Of a stretch of 64,000 nt of DNA, positions 1-10,676 are shown piece after piece. The notes beneath the pieces are model-generated. The model searched no databases and was not told the origin of the DNA. It worked only from the letters and a program-made list of their open reading frames with translations. Each line of letters starts with the position of its first letter. The first letter of the stretch is position 1. Made by a program: the position numbers and the translations under genes. The DNA comes from Candidatus Moraniibacteriota bacterium (lineage in GTDB: Bacteria > Patescibacteriota > Minisyncoccia > Moranbacterales > UBA1568). The DNA is taken from contig JBAXOD010000001.1 in NCBI GenBank assembly GCA_037133435.1, positions 30,979-94,978 on the forward strand. Reading direction: 5' to 3'.

Positions 1-1
1 G

Positions 2-1921
2 ATCGCAAACGATCAGATTCCGAACGTCGTGCGTCAGGCGACCATCGCGTCGGAGGACGCGAATTTCTATTCGCATAGCGGAGTCGATTTCGGCGGTATG
101 GCGCGGGCATTTGTGGAAAATATCCATGCCGGAAAGATAGAGCAGGGGGGATCGACCATCACGCAGCAATTGGCGCGCAACGCCTTTTTCAGTCGGGAAC
201 GGACCATTCGGAGGAAGATCCTGGAGACGGTGACGGCGTTCAAGATCGAGAGTTCGTTTTCGAAACAGGAGATTCTCGACATGTATCTGAACCGGGTTCC
301 CTATGGTGCGAATACGTATGGGATAGAGATGGCCGCCGAGACATACTTCGGAAAGCCGGCGAGCGACCTTTCACTCGACGAGGCCGCGCTATTGGCATCC
401 CTGACGAAGGCCCCGAGCCTCTATTCCCCGTATGTCGCCAAACGCACCGACATGATCGCCCAACGGGACAATGTCATCAGTCGGATGTCGCAACTCGGTC
501 TCATTACGGACGCGCAGATGAAAACGGCGCTTGCGGCTGATACCGCCTCGAAGATCATGCCGGCATCGAGCCTGATCCAGGCGCCCCATTTCGTTTTCTA
601 TATCATCGATCAGTTGAAGAGCGAATACGGACAGGACGCGCTCGAACAGGGCGGTTGGAAGATATATACGACGCTCGATTGGAACCTGGAGCAGGAAGCG
701 GAACGGGCGGTTGCCGACGGGGCGGCGAAGAACGTGAAGTATGACGCGTCGAACGCGGCGCTGACCGCTATCGATCCGAAAAACGGCGAGATACTTGCCA
801 TGGTCGGGAGCAAGGATTTCTTCGATTCCTCCATCGACGGCGAGGTGAACGTGGCGACCAGTCTCAGACAGCCGGGCAGTTCCTTCAAGCCGATCGCGTA
901 TGCGACGGCCTTCGCGAAGGGCTTCCAGCCGGAAACGCTTTTGACTGACAAGCCTATTGATTTCGGCCCGGACGGGACCGGCAAGGATTATATCCCGCAA
1001 AATTATGACGGTCAGTTCCGCGGCACCCTGTCCATGCGGGAAGCGTTGGCACAGTCACTCAATATCCCTGCCGTACAGACGCTCTATCTGGCGGGGATAG
1101 GCCCCACGATCGATATGGCGCACCGGTTGGGCATCACGTCACTCAATGAACCTTCCCGGTACGGGCTGGCCTTGGTGCTCGGCGGGGGCGAGGTGAACCT
1201 GCTCGATATGACATCCGCGTTCGGAGTCTTCGCACGGGAAGGCGTGCGATCGCAGACGCACGGGATCTTACGCATCGAAAACCAGGCCGGGAAACGGATC
1301 GATACGCAAGACACGTCCAAAACGACGGTCGTGCTCGATCCGGAGGTCGCGCGAAAGATCAATTCCGTACTCTCCGACAATGTGGCACGGTCGGCGGTGT
1401 TCGGTTCCCGCAGCCCTTTGATCCTGCCTGATCGTCCGGTGGCGGCCAAGACCGGCACGACACAGGATTTTCACGATGCCTGGACGGTCGGATTTACGCC
1501 GTCGATCGCCGTGGGCGTATGGGTCGGGAACAACGATAACGCGCCGATGAAAGGTGGATCCGACGGCGTCTATGCGGCGGCCCCGCTCTGGCATGATTTC
1601 ATGGTCGCGGCGACCCGGAATACGCCGGTCGAAAAATTCACGGGATATACGAAGGCGGTTTCGGGAAAACTTCTGGTCACGGGAACGAGGGACAACGGCT
1701 CGGTCAAGTATTACGATATCGCGAGCGGCAAGAAACTGTCCGAGAAAAAAGCGTTGAAAAAGGACCCGTCGCAGATCCGCGTCTCTTCGGAATCGGATCA
1801 CAGCATCCTGTATTATGTGAACAAGAACGATCCGCTCGGGCCGACTCCGCCTGATTTTTCCGACCCGATGCTCGCCCGATGGGAAGCCGCTCCTCCGGAT
1901 ACTCAGAATCCGAAGAATTAA
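2..1921 (+). CDS. Class A penicillin-binding protein (PBP1A-type transglycosylase/transpeptidase), 5' partial
   Basis: The frame is open from the window start. GT51 transglycosylase motifs are present (IASEDANFYSHSGVD, GGSTITQQLARN), followed by transpeptidase SSFKP and KTGTT motifs. The N-terminus lies outside the window. Confidence 0.85.
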   Translation: MANDQIPNVVRQATIASEDANFYSHSGVDFGGMARAFVENIHAGKIEQGGSTITQQLARNAFFSRERTIRRKILETVTAFKIESSFSKQEILDMYLNRVPYGANTYGIEMAAETYFGKPASDLSLDEAALLASLTKAPSLYSPYVAKRTDMIAQRDNVISRMSQLGLITDAQMKTALAADTASKIMPASSLIQAPHFVFYIIDQLKSEYGQDALEQGGWKIYTTLDWNLEQEAERAVADGAAKNVKYDASNAALTAIDPKNGEILAMVGSKDFFDSSIDGEVNVATSLRQPGSSFKPIAYATAFAKGFQPETLLTDKPIDFGPDGTGKDYIPQNYDGQFRGTLSMREALAQSLNIPAVQTLYLAGIGPTIDMAHRLGITSLNEPSRYGLALVLGGGEVNLLDMTSAFGVFAREGVRSQTHGILRIENQAGKRIDTQDTSKTTVVLDPEVARKINSVLSDNVARSAVFGSRSPLILPDRPVAAKTGTTQDFHDAWTVGFTPSIAVGVWVGNNDNAPMKGGSDGVYAAAPLWHDFMVAATRNTPVEKFTGYTKAVSGKLLVTGTRDNGSVKYYDIASGKKLSEKKALKKDPSQIRVSSESDHSILYYVNKNDPLGPTPPDFSDPMLARWEAAPPDTQNPKN

Positions 1922-1952
1922 TATTCCGTGAAGCCGTGATACGATACGCGTT

Positions 1953-3173
1953 ATGAGGATTTCCGGAATCAAAATCGCGGGTATCGTTTTTCTTGTCGCA
2001 TCGTTAGCGGTTCTTATCGTGGCCTATCTTGGAACTGCTCCGGATGTGCGTTTCGCAGCCGATCAAGAGCTACTGACATCGGGTGATTTGACGCCCGTGA
2101 ACGATGAAACATCGATACCTGCAATCAAGCGGACGAATGAACAATCCCGCCCGTTTTTCGTTTCCGGATGGTTGCCGTATTGGGCGAAGGATGAAGGGGC
2201 TGCGTCACTGAACGACCGGATAGGACTTTTTACCGAAATCAATCCATTCGCATACGGCGTGAATGCCGAGGGTGTCCTGGTCGACAAGATGCATATCGAT
2301 GCCAAGCCGTGGCCGCAGCTGTTTGCGGATGCCGAAGGGCAGAATGTGCACATCATCCCGACAATACTCTGGGGCGATGAAAAGGCTATGCATACAATCT
2401 TTTCCGATCCGACATCGGCCAATCGTCATATCGATGCCATCATAGCGATGCTCGATAGCCATGGGTTTGCCGGCGTGGATATCGATTACGAAGGAAAGGA
2501 TATCGCCGATCGGGACGCGTTCTCGGCGTTCCTCCGGATGCTGCGCGAAAATCTGTCGGCGGATGCCGTGAAAACCCTGAGCTGTACGGTCGAAGCGAGG
2601 ACGGAAGATGACCCGCCACAGGGATTCACGGGAAAACGGGCGATGAGTTTCGCGAATGATTTTTCCGTTCTCAACGAGGCCTGTGATACCGTTCGTGTCA
2701 TGGCGTATGATCAGGTATTCCAGATGCATCGTGCGGATACGTTTACGACATCCGATCCGGTGCCGAACGCACCGAACGCGGATCTCCGATGGGTAGAGGA
2801 AGTCGCCCGATACGCGCTTCGATACGTATCACCGGACAAGTTGATCCTCGGCATCCCAACCTACGGGTGGGAATTTCGCGTCGAAAAAGTATCTGACGGA
2901 TACCGATATACGCGCGTGAGAAGCGTGAGTTATCCTTCCGCGATGGAAATGGCGCGCTCGGCCGGTGTGACACCGACACGTACCGAAGGCGGGGAACTTT
3001 CGTTCACATATACTTCGTCGGACGGGCTTCATATCGTGACGATCGACGATGCCGAATCGGTCAGAAACAGTATCGACATCGCGAAGAAACTGAATCTTAG
3101 GGGAGTGAGCCTTTTCAAGATCGATGGTCTGACGGACCCGACTCTCTTCGATATTCTTAGTAAAATACGATGA
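1953..3173 (+). CDS. Glycoside hydrolase family 18 (chitinase-like/peptidoglycan hydrolase-like) with an N-terminal TM anchor
   Basis: GH18 catalytic DxDxE motif (GVDIDYEG). Hydrophobic N-terminus. Its stop overlaps the start of the next gene by 4 nt. Confidence 0.7.
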   Translation: MRISGIKIAGIVFLVASLAVLIVAYLGTAPDVRFAADQELLTSGDLTPVNDETSIPAIKRTNEQSRPFFVSGWLPYWAKDEGAASLNDRIGLFTEINPFAYGVNAEGVLVDKMHIDAKPWPQLFADAEGQNVHIIPTILWGDEKAMHTIFSDPTSANRHIDAIIAMLDSHGFAGVDIDYEGKDIADRDAFSAFLRMLRENLSADAVKTLSCTVEARTEDDPPQGFTGKRAMSFANDFSVLNEACDTVRVMAYDQVFQMHRADTFTTSDPVPNAPNADLRWVEEVARYALRYVSPDKLILGIPTYGWEFRVEKVSDGYRYTRVRSVSYPSAMEMARSAGVTPTRTEGGELSFTYTSSDGLHIVTIDDAESVRNSIDIAKKLNLRGVSLFKIDGLTDPTLFDILSKIR

Positions 3174-4063
3174 AAATGCGTATCGGAACATGGATTTCGA
3201 TGGTCGGGATTTCGGCAATGATCATCGTCGCGGTCGTATATTTGCAAAGATTCCGAACCGATCACATCGAGAATGTCGTGGAACCGAAAACGGAAGAGGT
3301 CGTGAACGGCAAACCGGATACGACAGTTTTCGAATCGGTGCCGGATCCCGCACAGGCGGCGGTTCCCGAGCCGCAAGGAACGATCGCTTCTTCCATTCCG
3401 ATATTCATGTATCACTATATCCGGTCATATGTCGATCCGAGCGATCCGGTAGGGGAGAATCTGTCCGTTTCGCCCGAAGCCTTCGAAAATCAGATCTCGC
3501 GGCTGAAGGAAAACGGGTATGAGACGGTTTCGATGGACAGCTTCGTTCATCCGAAGCCCCTCGCCGGAAAGCCGATCGTCCTTACGTTTGATGACGGATA
3601 TCAGGACGCGTATGATACCGCGTTTCCACTATTGCGGCGGTACGGGATGACCGGGACGTTTTACCTCATTACGGACAAAATCGGAAACCCGGGATACCTG
3701 ACCTGGGACGAGGTCTCGGAAATGCGAGCTGCCGGAATGACATTCGGATCGCACACGCTCGATCATCCGGATCTGAAGACGCTCCCATCCGGAACGATGA
3801 ATCGAGAAATTATTGCGAGCAAGAAGCTTCTGGAACAAAAACTTGGAGGGAACGTGACGGACTTCTGTTATCCTTCGGGGAAATATGACGATGCGGTCGT
3901 GGCGGAGGTGCACCGGGACGGTTACGAGACGGCCGTTACGACACATTCGGGGATTTCACCAGTGAAAGATGATCCGTTCACGCTGAAAAGGTTGAGAATC
4001 ACGGAACATACGGATATCCGATCTATGATTGAACGGAAAGCGGAGCTGATGACGATACGGTAG
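3170..4063 (+). CDS. Polysaccharide deacetylase (NodB homology domain), membrane anchored
   Basis: NodB motifs TFDDGY and HTLDHPDL. N-terminal TM helix. Overlaps the GH18 gene, suggesting an operon. Confidence 0.75.
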   Translation: MKMRIGTWISMVGISAMIIVAVVYLQRFRTDHIENVVEPKTEEVVNGKPDTTVFESVPDPAQAAVPEPQGTIASSIPIFMYHYIRSYVDPSDPVGENLSVSPEAFENQISRLKENGYETVSMDSFVHPKPLAGKPIVLTFDDGYQDAYDTAFPLLRRYGMTGTFYLITDKIGNPGYLTWDEVSEMRAAGMTFGSHTLDHPDLKTLPSGTMNREIIASKKLLEQKLGGNVTDFCYPSGKYDDAVVAEVHRDGYETAVTTHSGISPVKDDPFTLKRLRITEHTDIRSMIERKAELMTIR

Positions 4064-4160
4064 ATCGAAGGTATTTATCGGATTTGAAAAAAATACCCGA
4101 ACGTTCATTGATGTGGATTTTGAGTAGATGATATACTGGAAAAATCATTGTGCAAACGAT

Positions 4161-4937
4161 ATGGAAAAAATACAGTCGGTCGCTATCGAAGCGGCAAAGG
4201 ATGCAGGAGTCGTATTGAATGAGCTATTCGCTTCGCGGATCAAACGCTACGAGATGAAGACTGCACACGATATCCTCGCCGAGGCCGACGTTCGATCAGA
4301 AGACATTATACTCGGAAGAATCAGGCAAGCGTTTCCTGAACACGCAATCCTTTCGGAGGAAGCGGGGGAAAACGGCAAGGATTCGGAATACAAGTGGATC
4401 GTCGATCCGGTCGACGGGACGATAAATTTTTCCCGCGGAATCGATGAGTTCTGCATTTCGATCGCCGTATCGCGAAACGATGAACTTGCCTTCGGTCTGA
4501 TATACGAGCCGATCCGCGATCGTCTGTATATCGGAAAAAAAGGAGAAGGCGCGACGATGAACGGGGTGAAAATGAACGTCTCGACGGAGAACGTACTCGT
4601 GAATACGATTCTGGCAACCGATAATTCTTCCGACATGTCGGAAAGGGTAAGGAATCTCGAACTTTTGGCGAGGATCAGTCCAGAAGTGAGACATGTGCGT
4701 ATTTTCGGAAGTGCGGCGTTGCATCTCGCGAGGGTGGCGAAAGGCGAGATCGATGCCTATTATAAGACGACCTGCAATTATTGGGACAATGCCGCCGGCA
4801 TGCTGTTGCTTCAAGAAGCGGGAGGTCGTCTGACAGATCTTACTGGTAGCCCGCTTTCAAAAGACTCGCGTACAATCGTCGCATCGAACGGCCTGGTGCA
4901 TGATGAGATTTTAGCACTATTGTCAGCACGATCGTAA
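4161..4937 (+). CDS. suhB: Inositol monophosphatase family protein (SuhB-like)
   Basis: IMPase motifs LSEEAGE and WIVDPVDGTINF. Start placed at MEKIQS. The ORF track begins at 4128. Confidence 0.7.
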   Translation: MEKIQSVAIEAAKDAGVVLNELFASRIKRYEMKTAHDILAEADVRSEDIILGRIRQAFPEHAILSEEAGENGKDSEYKWIVDPVDGTINFSRGIDEFCISIAVSRNDELAFGLIYEPIRDRLYIGKKGEGATMNGVKMNVSTENVLVNTILATDNSSDMSERVRNLELLARISPEVRHVRIFGSAALHLARVAKGEIDAYYKTTCNYWDNAAGMLLLQEAGGRLTDLTGSPLSKDSRTIVASNGLVHDEILALLSARS

Positions 4938-4958
4938 AATCATAACGTTTGGAACCCT

Positions 4959-5180
4959 ATGGAAACGCAGAAATTTCTGTTTGCCGTCTTGTTGGGAAAG
5001 TCGGGCGACGGGGAAGAACTGATGGAAGTCCATCGATTGGAGTTCGTCGTGGCCGAAAGCGAGGATGATGCGAAAGTGCTCGCGAAGACGCGGTGGAATG
5101 TCGAATCGTCTCATATCGACGGAATCCGGAAACTGGACCTCGTGGACGGATATGAAATAGCTTTGGATAAGAAAAGTTAG
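4959..5180 (+). CDS. Hypothetical small acidic protein (73 aa)
   Basis: Intact ORF between two same-strand genes. No recognisable motif. Confidence 0.35.
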   Translation: METQKFLFAVLLGKSGDGEELMEVHRLEFVVAESEDDAKVLAKTRWNVESSHIDGIRKLDLVDGYEIALDKKS

Positions 5181-5302
5181 GAAGGATCGTTCAACTGATG
5201 ATTGAAATTCAATTTCCAAACACTGGGAGTGTTACGGCCTGGCGTTTCGTCTTTTCACTCCTCCATTGCCAACATCCCCCGGGTTCGTGATAGGATGGGA
5301 TT

Positions 5303-7723
5303 ATGAAAAATGAGCGAAAAACGGCGGAAAACAGGCGTTGGGATGTCATCGGGATCGGCAGTCCCTTGTTCGATATCGTCATACGAGTCGATGAAGAAAC
5401 GCTTTCGGAACTGAATATCGCCAAAGGATCGATGAAACTGATATCGGAAGGGGAGAGTCGCGCGATTCTCGACAAATACGGTTCCACGTGCAGGTTGGTG
5501 CCCGGGGGGAGCGCCGCGAATACGATCGCCGGAGTGAACACACTCGGGAGCCGGGTCGCGTTTCTGGGGGTCGTCGGCATGGACGAGTACGGAGCGCGGT
5601 ATCTTGAGCAGTTGAAAAACGACGGTATCGACTCGCATGTGTCGTATCATGACAGCGGTATGACAGGCCACTGCATCATCTTGGTCACGCCCGACGGTGA
5701 ACGGACGATGGCGACGCATATCGGGGCGGCCTCGCTGCTTACGAAAGAGCATATCCGAGACGAGGCGATCGGGCAAAGCAGAGTACTGCACCTTGAAGCC
5801 TACCACTTGGATCAACCCGAGTCCCGAAAGGCGATGCTTCATGCGATCGGTATCGCGAACCGGCACGGCGTTCTGGTCTCGCTTGATTTATCCGACGCGG
5901 GACTGATAGGACGGAATCGGGAAACATTTCGTGATATCGTATCGGAGCATGTGGACATCGTATTCGCAAACGAGGAGGAAGCCATAATGTTTTCCGGGAA
6001 ACGTGATCCGCTTTCGGCTGTACGGTATATCGCGGAGCGTTGCGATATCGCGGTCGTGAAGCTCGGAGCGGAGGGCAGTCTGATCAAACGCGGCGATATG
6101 ATCCACAAGGTCGCGCCGTATCGGGTCGATCCCATGAATACGAACGGTGCGGGAGACATGTATGCCGCGGGCATCCTGCACGGACTGATCCGTGGAGCGG
6201 ACCTGAAGGCGGTAGGAGAAATGGCAAGCCATGTCGCGGCGCTCGTCGTCGCGAGTCCAGGGGGACGTCTGGATGCGAAGCATGTTAATTCGATAGGGCA
6301 ATACAGGAATATGGGCGAAACACGGGACTACGAGATCAAGGACATCGGTCTTGCGGAATACGGCAGGAAGGAGATCGTCATCGCGGAAAAGGAGATGCCC
6401 GGTCTCATGGCGTTACGCAAGCAGTACGGAAGAAAGAAACCGCTCAAGGGCGCTCGGATCCTGGGGAGTCTTCATATGACCATCCAGACCGCCGTCCTGA
6501 TCGAGACGCTCCGCGAGCTCGGGGCGGAAGTCCGCTGGGTATCGTGTAATATCTTCTCGACGCAGGATCATGCGGCCGCCGCGATGGCGGAAGCGGGCGT
6601 CCCTGTATTCGCCTGGAAAGGCGAGACGCTCGCCGAGTATTGGCAATGCACCGAACGGGCGTTCCGGTTCAAGGGAGGTAAGGGACCGAATCTCATCGTA
6701 GATGATGGCGGTGATGCGACGCTTATGTTGCATCTGGGTGTGGAAATCGAGAAGAATCCGAAACTCTTGAAGCAAAGCTTGGCCGGCAAGGGAGAGGACG
6801 AGAAAGAATTGATGAAGGTCCTGGCCGATATTCATCACCGCGACAAGAAATTCTGGAGTACGGTCATTCGCGACGTGAGAGGGGTCTCGGAAGAGACGAC
6901 GACCGGTGTACATCGGCTATATCGCATGTTCGAAGAGAAGCGGCTTCTGTTTCCGGCGATAAACGTGAATGATTCGGTGACGAAGAGCAAGTTCGACAAT
7001 CTGTACGGATGTCGCGAGAGCCTGGCGGACGGGATTAAGCGCGGGACCGATGTCATGGTGGCCGGCAAAGTGGTGATCGTGTGCGGATATGGCGATGTGG
7101 GCAAGGGCTGCGCGCAGAGTATGCGGGGACTCGGGGCCCGGGTCATCGTGACCGAAGTCGATCCGATCTGCGCACTGCAGGCGGCGATGGAAGGATATGA
7201 GGTCCGCACGATTGAAGAAGCTCTCACGTCGGCGGACATATTCGTGACCGCGACCGGCAACCGCGATATCATCACAATCGATCACATGGCCGGGATGAAA
7301 GACGAGTCGATCGTGTGCAATATCGGGCACTTTGACAACGAAATCCAGGTGGGGAAACTGGAATCATTTCCCGGGATACGGAAGATAGCTATTAAACCCC
7401 AGGTCGACAAATACGTGTTTCCGGACGGGCATGCTATCGTACTGCTTTCCGAAGGGCGGCTGGTGAATCTCGGCAATGCGACCGGACATCCGAGTTTCGT
7501 GATGAGCGCGTCGTTTACGAATCAGGTGCTCGCGCAGATGGAGCTGTGGTCACATGATCATGAAGTCGGAGTCTTTACCCTCCCGAAGTATCTCGATGAG
7601 GAAGTGGCCAGACTCCATCTGGGAAAATTGGGCGTCACACTTACGAAACTCACAAAAAAGCAGGCTGAGTATATCGATGTCCCGGTCGGAGGGCCGTATA
7701 AAGCCGACCGCTATCGGTACTAG
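5303..7723 (+). CDS. ahcY: Bifunctional fusion: PfkB-family adenosine/ribo-kinase domain plus S-adenosyl-L-homocysteine hydrolase (AhcY)
   Basis: The N-terminal ~330 aa carry the PfkB kinase signatures GGSAANT and [14 protein letters not shown]. The C-terminal ~470 aa carry the SAHH NAD-binding core ([39 protein letters not shown]) and the C-terminal PYKADRYRY. Confidence 0.8.
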   Translation: MKNERKTAENRRWDVIGIGSPLFDIVIRVDEETLSELNIAKGSMKLISEGESRAILDKYGSTCRLVPGGSAANTIAGVNTLGSRVAFLGVVGMDEYGARYLEQLKNDGIDSHVSYHDSGMTGHCIILVTPDGERTMATHIGAASLLTKEHIRDEAIGQSRVLHLEAYHLDQPESRKAMLHAIGIANRHGVLVSLDLSDAGLIGRNRETFRDIVSEHVDIVFANEEEAIMFSGKRDPLSAVRYIAERCDIAVVKLGAEGSLIKRGDMIHKVAPYRVDPMNTNGAGDMYAAGILHGLIRGADLKAVGEMASHVAALVVASPGGRLDAKHVNSIGQYRNMGETRDYEIKDIGLAEYGRKEIVIAEKEMPGLMALRKQYGRKKPLKGARILGSLHMTIQTAVLIETLRELGAEVRWVSCNIFSTQDHAAAAMAEAGVPVFAWKGETLAEYWQCTERAFRFKGGKGPNLIVDDGGDATLMLHLGVEIEKNPKLLKQSLAGKGEDEKELMKVLADIHHRDKKFWSTVIRDVRGVSEETTTGVHRLYRMFEEKRLLFPAINVNDSVTKSKFDNLYGCRESLADGIKRGTDVMVAGKVVIVCGYGDVGKGCAQSMRGLGARVIVTEVDPICALQAAMEGYEVRTIEEALTSADIFVTATGNRDIITIDHMAGMKDESIVCNIGHFDNEIQVGKLESFPGIRKIAIKPQVDKYVFPDGHAIVLLSEGRLVNLGNATGHPSFVMSASFTNQVLAQMELWSHDHEVGVFTLPKYLDEEVARLHLGKLGVTLTKLTKKQAEYIDVPVGGPYKADRYRY

Positions 7724-7832
7724 TATCACACTTCGCTGAAAGAACGACCGAGTGAACGAATAGTTCGGATACGACATATTGTCCGCAGCGGTCATCCTGA
7801 ATGGATGCTTGTTGACTTCGACGGAGCACTGG

Positions 7833-8633
7833 TCAGAAGCCGATGGAATGGTTCCAATAGACGATGCACCGCATGGAGATAGACCCGGCGAACATGGCTT
7901 CGTTGAAGAACTGCGGATCTTCTTTTCCGGCGGCCCCGAGAACAGAGAGGAGCGGGAGGAAATGCTCGTCCGTCGGATGGGCCGACTCGGCCGTCGGCTG
8001 ACGCTCGTATCCGAGTATCAATCCGATGTCTTTTTTCAAGAGCGCGTCTTTGACGAAGGAATCGAATTCGGACGCCCATGGATGCGTCACGGGGGATAGC
8101 GCCGACAGATTATGCACGATATTGCCGCTCCCGAGGATGAGGATGCCCTCTTCCCTGAGAATCGCGAGCTCCCGGCCGATACCGAAGTGTTCTTCCGGTG
8201 AGAGACTCTCATCAAGACAGAGCTGAATGACCGGAATATCCGCATCAGGGTACATACGCGCCAATACGGACCAGGTCCCGTGGTCGAGCCCCCATTCCTG
8301 ATCGTCTTCGACCGGTACGCTCTTGACGATATCGCGGACCCGAGTCGCCAGCTCCGAAGAACCGTCGGCCTTGTATTCGAATCCGTAGTATCGTTCCGGA
8401 AAGCCGTAGAAGTCGTGAATCGTCCGTGGATGTTCCATGGCGGTCACCGCGGTTCCTCCGCGATTCCAGTTCTCGGAGGCCGTCCAATGGGCCGAGATAG
8501 AGAGGATCGCTTTCGGCCGGGGCAGGAGTTCTCCGAGTCTGATCCATTGTTCGCTGAACACGTTGTTTTCGAATGCGTTTTCCGGTGATCCGTGCCCGAT
8601 GAAGATTGCGGGCATTTTTCTTTCATTTGACAT
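7833..8633 (-). CDS. LigB-family extradiol ring-cleavage dioxygenase (4,5-DOPA dioxygenase/YgiD-like)
   Basis: MSNERKMPAIFIGHGSPENAF, SAHW and HDFYGFP are typical of the YgiD/LigB class III dioxygenases. The start is set at the internal ATG, MSNERK. The ORF track extends 60 codons further upstream. Confidence 0.65.
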   Translation of the reverse strand: MSNERKMPAIFIGHGSPENAFENNVFSEQWIRLGELLPRPKAILSISAHWTASENWNRGGTAVTAMEHPRTIHDFYGFPERYYGFEYKADGSSELATRVRDIVKSVPVEDDQEWGLDHGTWSVLARMYPDADIPVIQLCLDESLSPEEHFGIGRELAILREEGILILGSGNIVHNLSALSPVTHPWASEFDSFVKDALLKKDIGLILGYERQPTAESAHPTDEHFLPLLSVLGAAGKEDPQFFNEAMFAGSISMRCIVYWNHSIGF

Positions 8634-8781
8634 ATATTTATGATATTTTGATACGTCAAGGATACTCCCTTTCGGTTCGTGTCGCCATGTTTGAGCCTGA
8701 TCAAGCCTGCCTCGTCGATATGGCGCATATATGGGGATTCGGAATATAATCGAATTACGACATTTTCGCAAAGCGTTCCAT

Positions 8782-9906
8782 ATGCTTTCATACGTAGAAA
8801 TATCGAAAGACAATCTGCTTCACAATTTCAATACGCTCAGATCGCTGGTGCGGCCGGGCGTCGAGGTCGTCGCCGTGGTGAAGGCGAACGCGTACGGTCA
8901 TGGTCAGAACGAAGTCGTTTCGATTCTCGAACCGATAGCGGACCGTTTCCAGGTGGACGATCTCGCGGAATTGAGACTGCTCCGTGAAATTTCACAAAAG
9001 TCCGTCCTGGTTCTGGGGTATGTCGCCGAAAGCGAGATAGCTGAGATGCTCGACTTGGGCGGGATACCGTGCGTGTACGATGCCGGTCAGATACGTACCA
9101 TAAATGCGGCAGCGAAGCGATCGGGAACGCGGGCGACGGTACATGTGAAGATCGACGCGGAACTCGGTCGTCAGGGCGTCTTGCCCGAAAAGACCCGGGA
9201 AATCATCGCGGTGTTGAAAACATGCGATTATATTCGTGTCGAGGCGATCTACTCCCATTTCGCGAATATCGAGGATACGTCCGATTTCTCTCATGCGAAA
9301 AAACAGATTGATGCGTTCGAACGGGCGACTTCCATGTTTCGGGAAAACGGATTTAAACATATCAAGACGCATCTTTCGGCGAGTTCCGGTATCATGGCGT
9401 ATGAATACGCAGGAGGAACGTCGGACCTCGTCCGACCGGGTATCGGTCTGTATGGGATGTGGCCTTCGGACGATTTGAAAGAGCGGCTCGGGAAGGAAGG
9501 TCTTGTCTTGAAACCCGTATTGCGATGGGTGACGCATATCGCGCAGGTGAAAACCCTGCCAACGGGTCACTCTGTCGGATATGGGCTGACCTTTGTCACT
9601 ACGATGCCGACGAAGATCGCCGTCATCCCGCAAGGATACAGCGACGGGTATGACCGGGGGCTGTCGAACAAGGGCGAAGTCTTGATCGGTGGGACGCGGT
9701 GTCCGGTGCTCGGCCGGGTCGCGATGAACATGTTCGTGGCCGACGTGAGCCATCTGGAATCGGTGAGCCGTGAAGATGAGGTCGTGCTTCTCGGTGCGCA
9801 GGGGGGTGAGCGTATCACCGCCGAAGAGATCGCGGACAGGCTTTGCACCATCAATTACGAGATCACGACCCGCATCTCGCCCCTCTTGCCTCACATCGTC
9901 GTTTGA
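8782..9906 (+). CDS. alr: Alanine racemase
   Basis: PLP-lysine motif VVAVVKANAYGHG. The C-terminal domain carries the GYSDGY-like element. Start placed at MLSYVEISKDNLLHNF. Confidence 0.85.
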   Translation: MLSYVEISKDNLLHNFNTLRSLVRPGVEVVAVVKANAYGHGQNEVVSILEPIADRFQVDDLAELRLLREISQKSVLVLGYVAESEIAEMLDLGGIPCVYDAGQIRTINAAAKRSGTRATVHVKIDAELGRQGVLPEKTREIIAVLKTCDYIRVEAIYSHFANIEDTSDFSHAKKQIDAFERATSMFRENGFKHIKTHLSASSGIMAYEYAGGTSDLVRPGIGLYGMWPSDDLKERLGKEGLVLKPVLRWVTHIAQVKTLPTGHSVGYGLTFVTTMPTKIAVIPQGYSDGYDRGLSNKGEVLIGGTRCPVLGRVAMNMFVADVSHLESVSREDEVVLLGAQGGERITAEEIADRLCTINYEITTRISPLLPHIVV

Positions 9907-10293
9907 AAATTGTTTCGGAGATTGTGGTTCATAAATCGGGAGCTGTGATACCTTATTCGCCAATCGGGGAGTCGCGTGGTACTATCGGAGTATGAAGGAT
10001 GGACATCCCGTATATATATCGGGAGTCTGATCCGTAAATCGGAGGAGTTTGGCGGAATCGTTCCGTTTCTCCCTCCCACAAACCTATGAGGAAGACGCTT
10101 ATCACCGGATTGGACAAGGAGCGCGAGTCGAAGGAGAACCTGTATCCGACCCGCCCGCCCAGGCTCGAGGGGAAGTCGAAGAACGCGATGATGAATCCCG
10201 TCCGCAAACCGAAAGCCGGAAGCGGCCGGTTGCCGGAACGCTCCGACCGACCGGCGGATCATGACTGAAATTCGTATGAACGACGGTTGATCA

Positions 10294-10328
10294 AGACTGA
10301 ACCTTCTTTGGAGGCTCAGTCTTTTTCA
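10294..10328 (+). terminator. Rho-independent terminator-like hairpin with a T tract
   Basis: agactgaacc...ggctcagtct stem followed by ttttcatt. Confidence 0.45.
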
Positions 10329-10343
10329 TTACCCGATGGCTTC

Positions 10344-10373
10344 TTGACAATACCCCTAGGGGGGTATTAAGAT
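10344..10373 (+). promoter_or_regulatory. Sigma70-like promoter with a CsoR operator palindrome upstream of csoR
   Basis: TTGACA at 10344-10349. GC-rich inverted repeat ATACCCCTAGGGGGGTAT at 10350-10367, overlapping a TATTAAGAT -10 region. This matches the known type of CsoR operator (TACCC...GGGTA). Confidence 0.65.
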
Positions 10374-10400
10374 GGTACTGACAATATGTAAACCGATACT

Positions 10401-10676
10401 GTGAATCCAAATATGGCATCGACCAAAGAGAAACTCATGCGTCGGCTCAAGATCATCGAGGGGCAGGTCCGCGGACTGCAGGACATGCTCGAGAAGAACG
10501 CCTACTGCATCGACATCATCACGCAGTCGTGCGCCGTGAAGCAGGGACTGACTGCGGTCGAGGATATCCTGATGGAAGGGCACCTCGGTAGCTGTGTCAT
10601 TCATCAGATCAAAAACGGACAAGAAACCAAGGCGAAGGAAGAGATCCTGAAGGTGTATCAGTTGAAACGGAAATAA
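10401..10676 (+). CDS. csoR: CsoR/RcnR-family copper-sensing transcriptional repressor
   Basis: DUF156 fold pattern, with conserved Cys/His ligands (C..., H...C) in QVRGLQDMLEKNAYCIDIITQ and the LMEGHLGSCV region. Confidence 0.8.
   Translation: MNPNMASTKEKLMRRLKIIEGQVRGLQDMLEKNAYCIDIITQSCAVKQGLTAVEDILMEGHLGSCVIHQIKNGQETKAKEEILKVYQLKRK

Noticed and set aside
8634-8813. 60-codon upstream extension of the LigB-family dioxygenase ORF
   Set aside because: The family's conserved N-terminus (MPAIFIGHGSP) begins at the internal ATG. The extension would run into the divergent alr promoter region.
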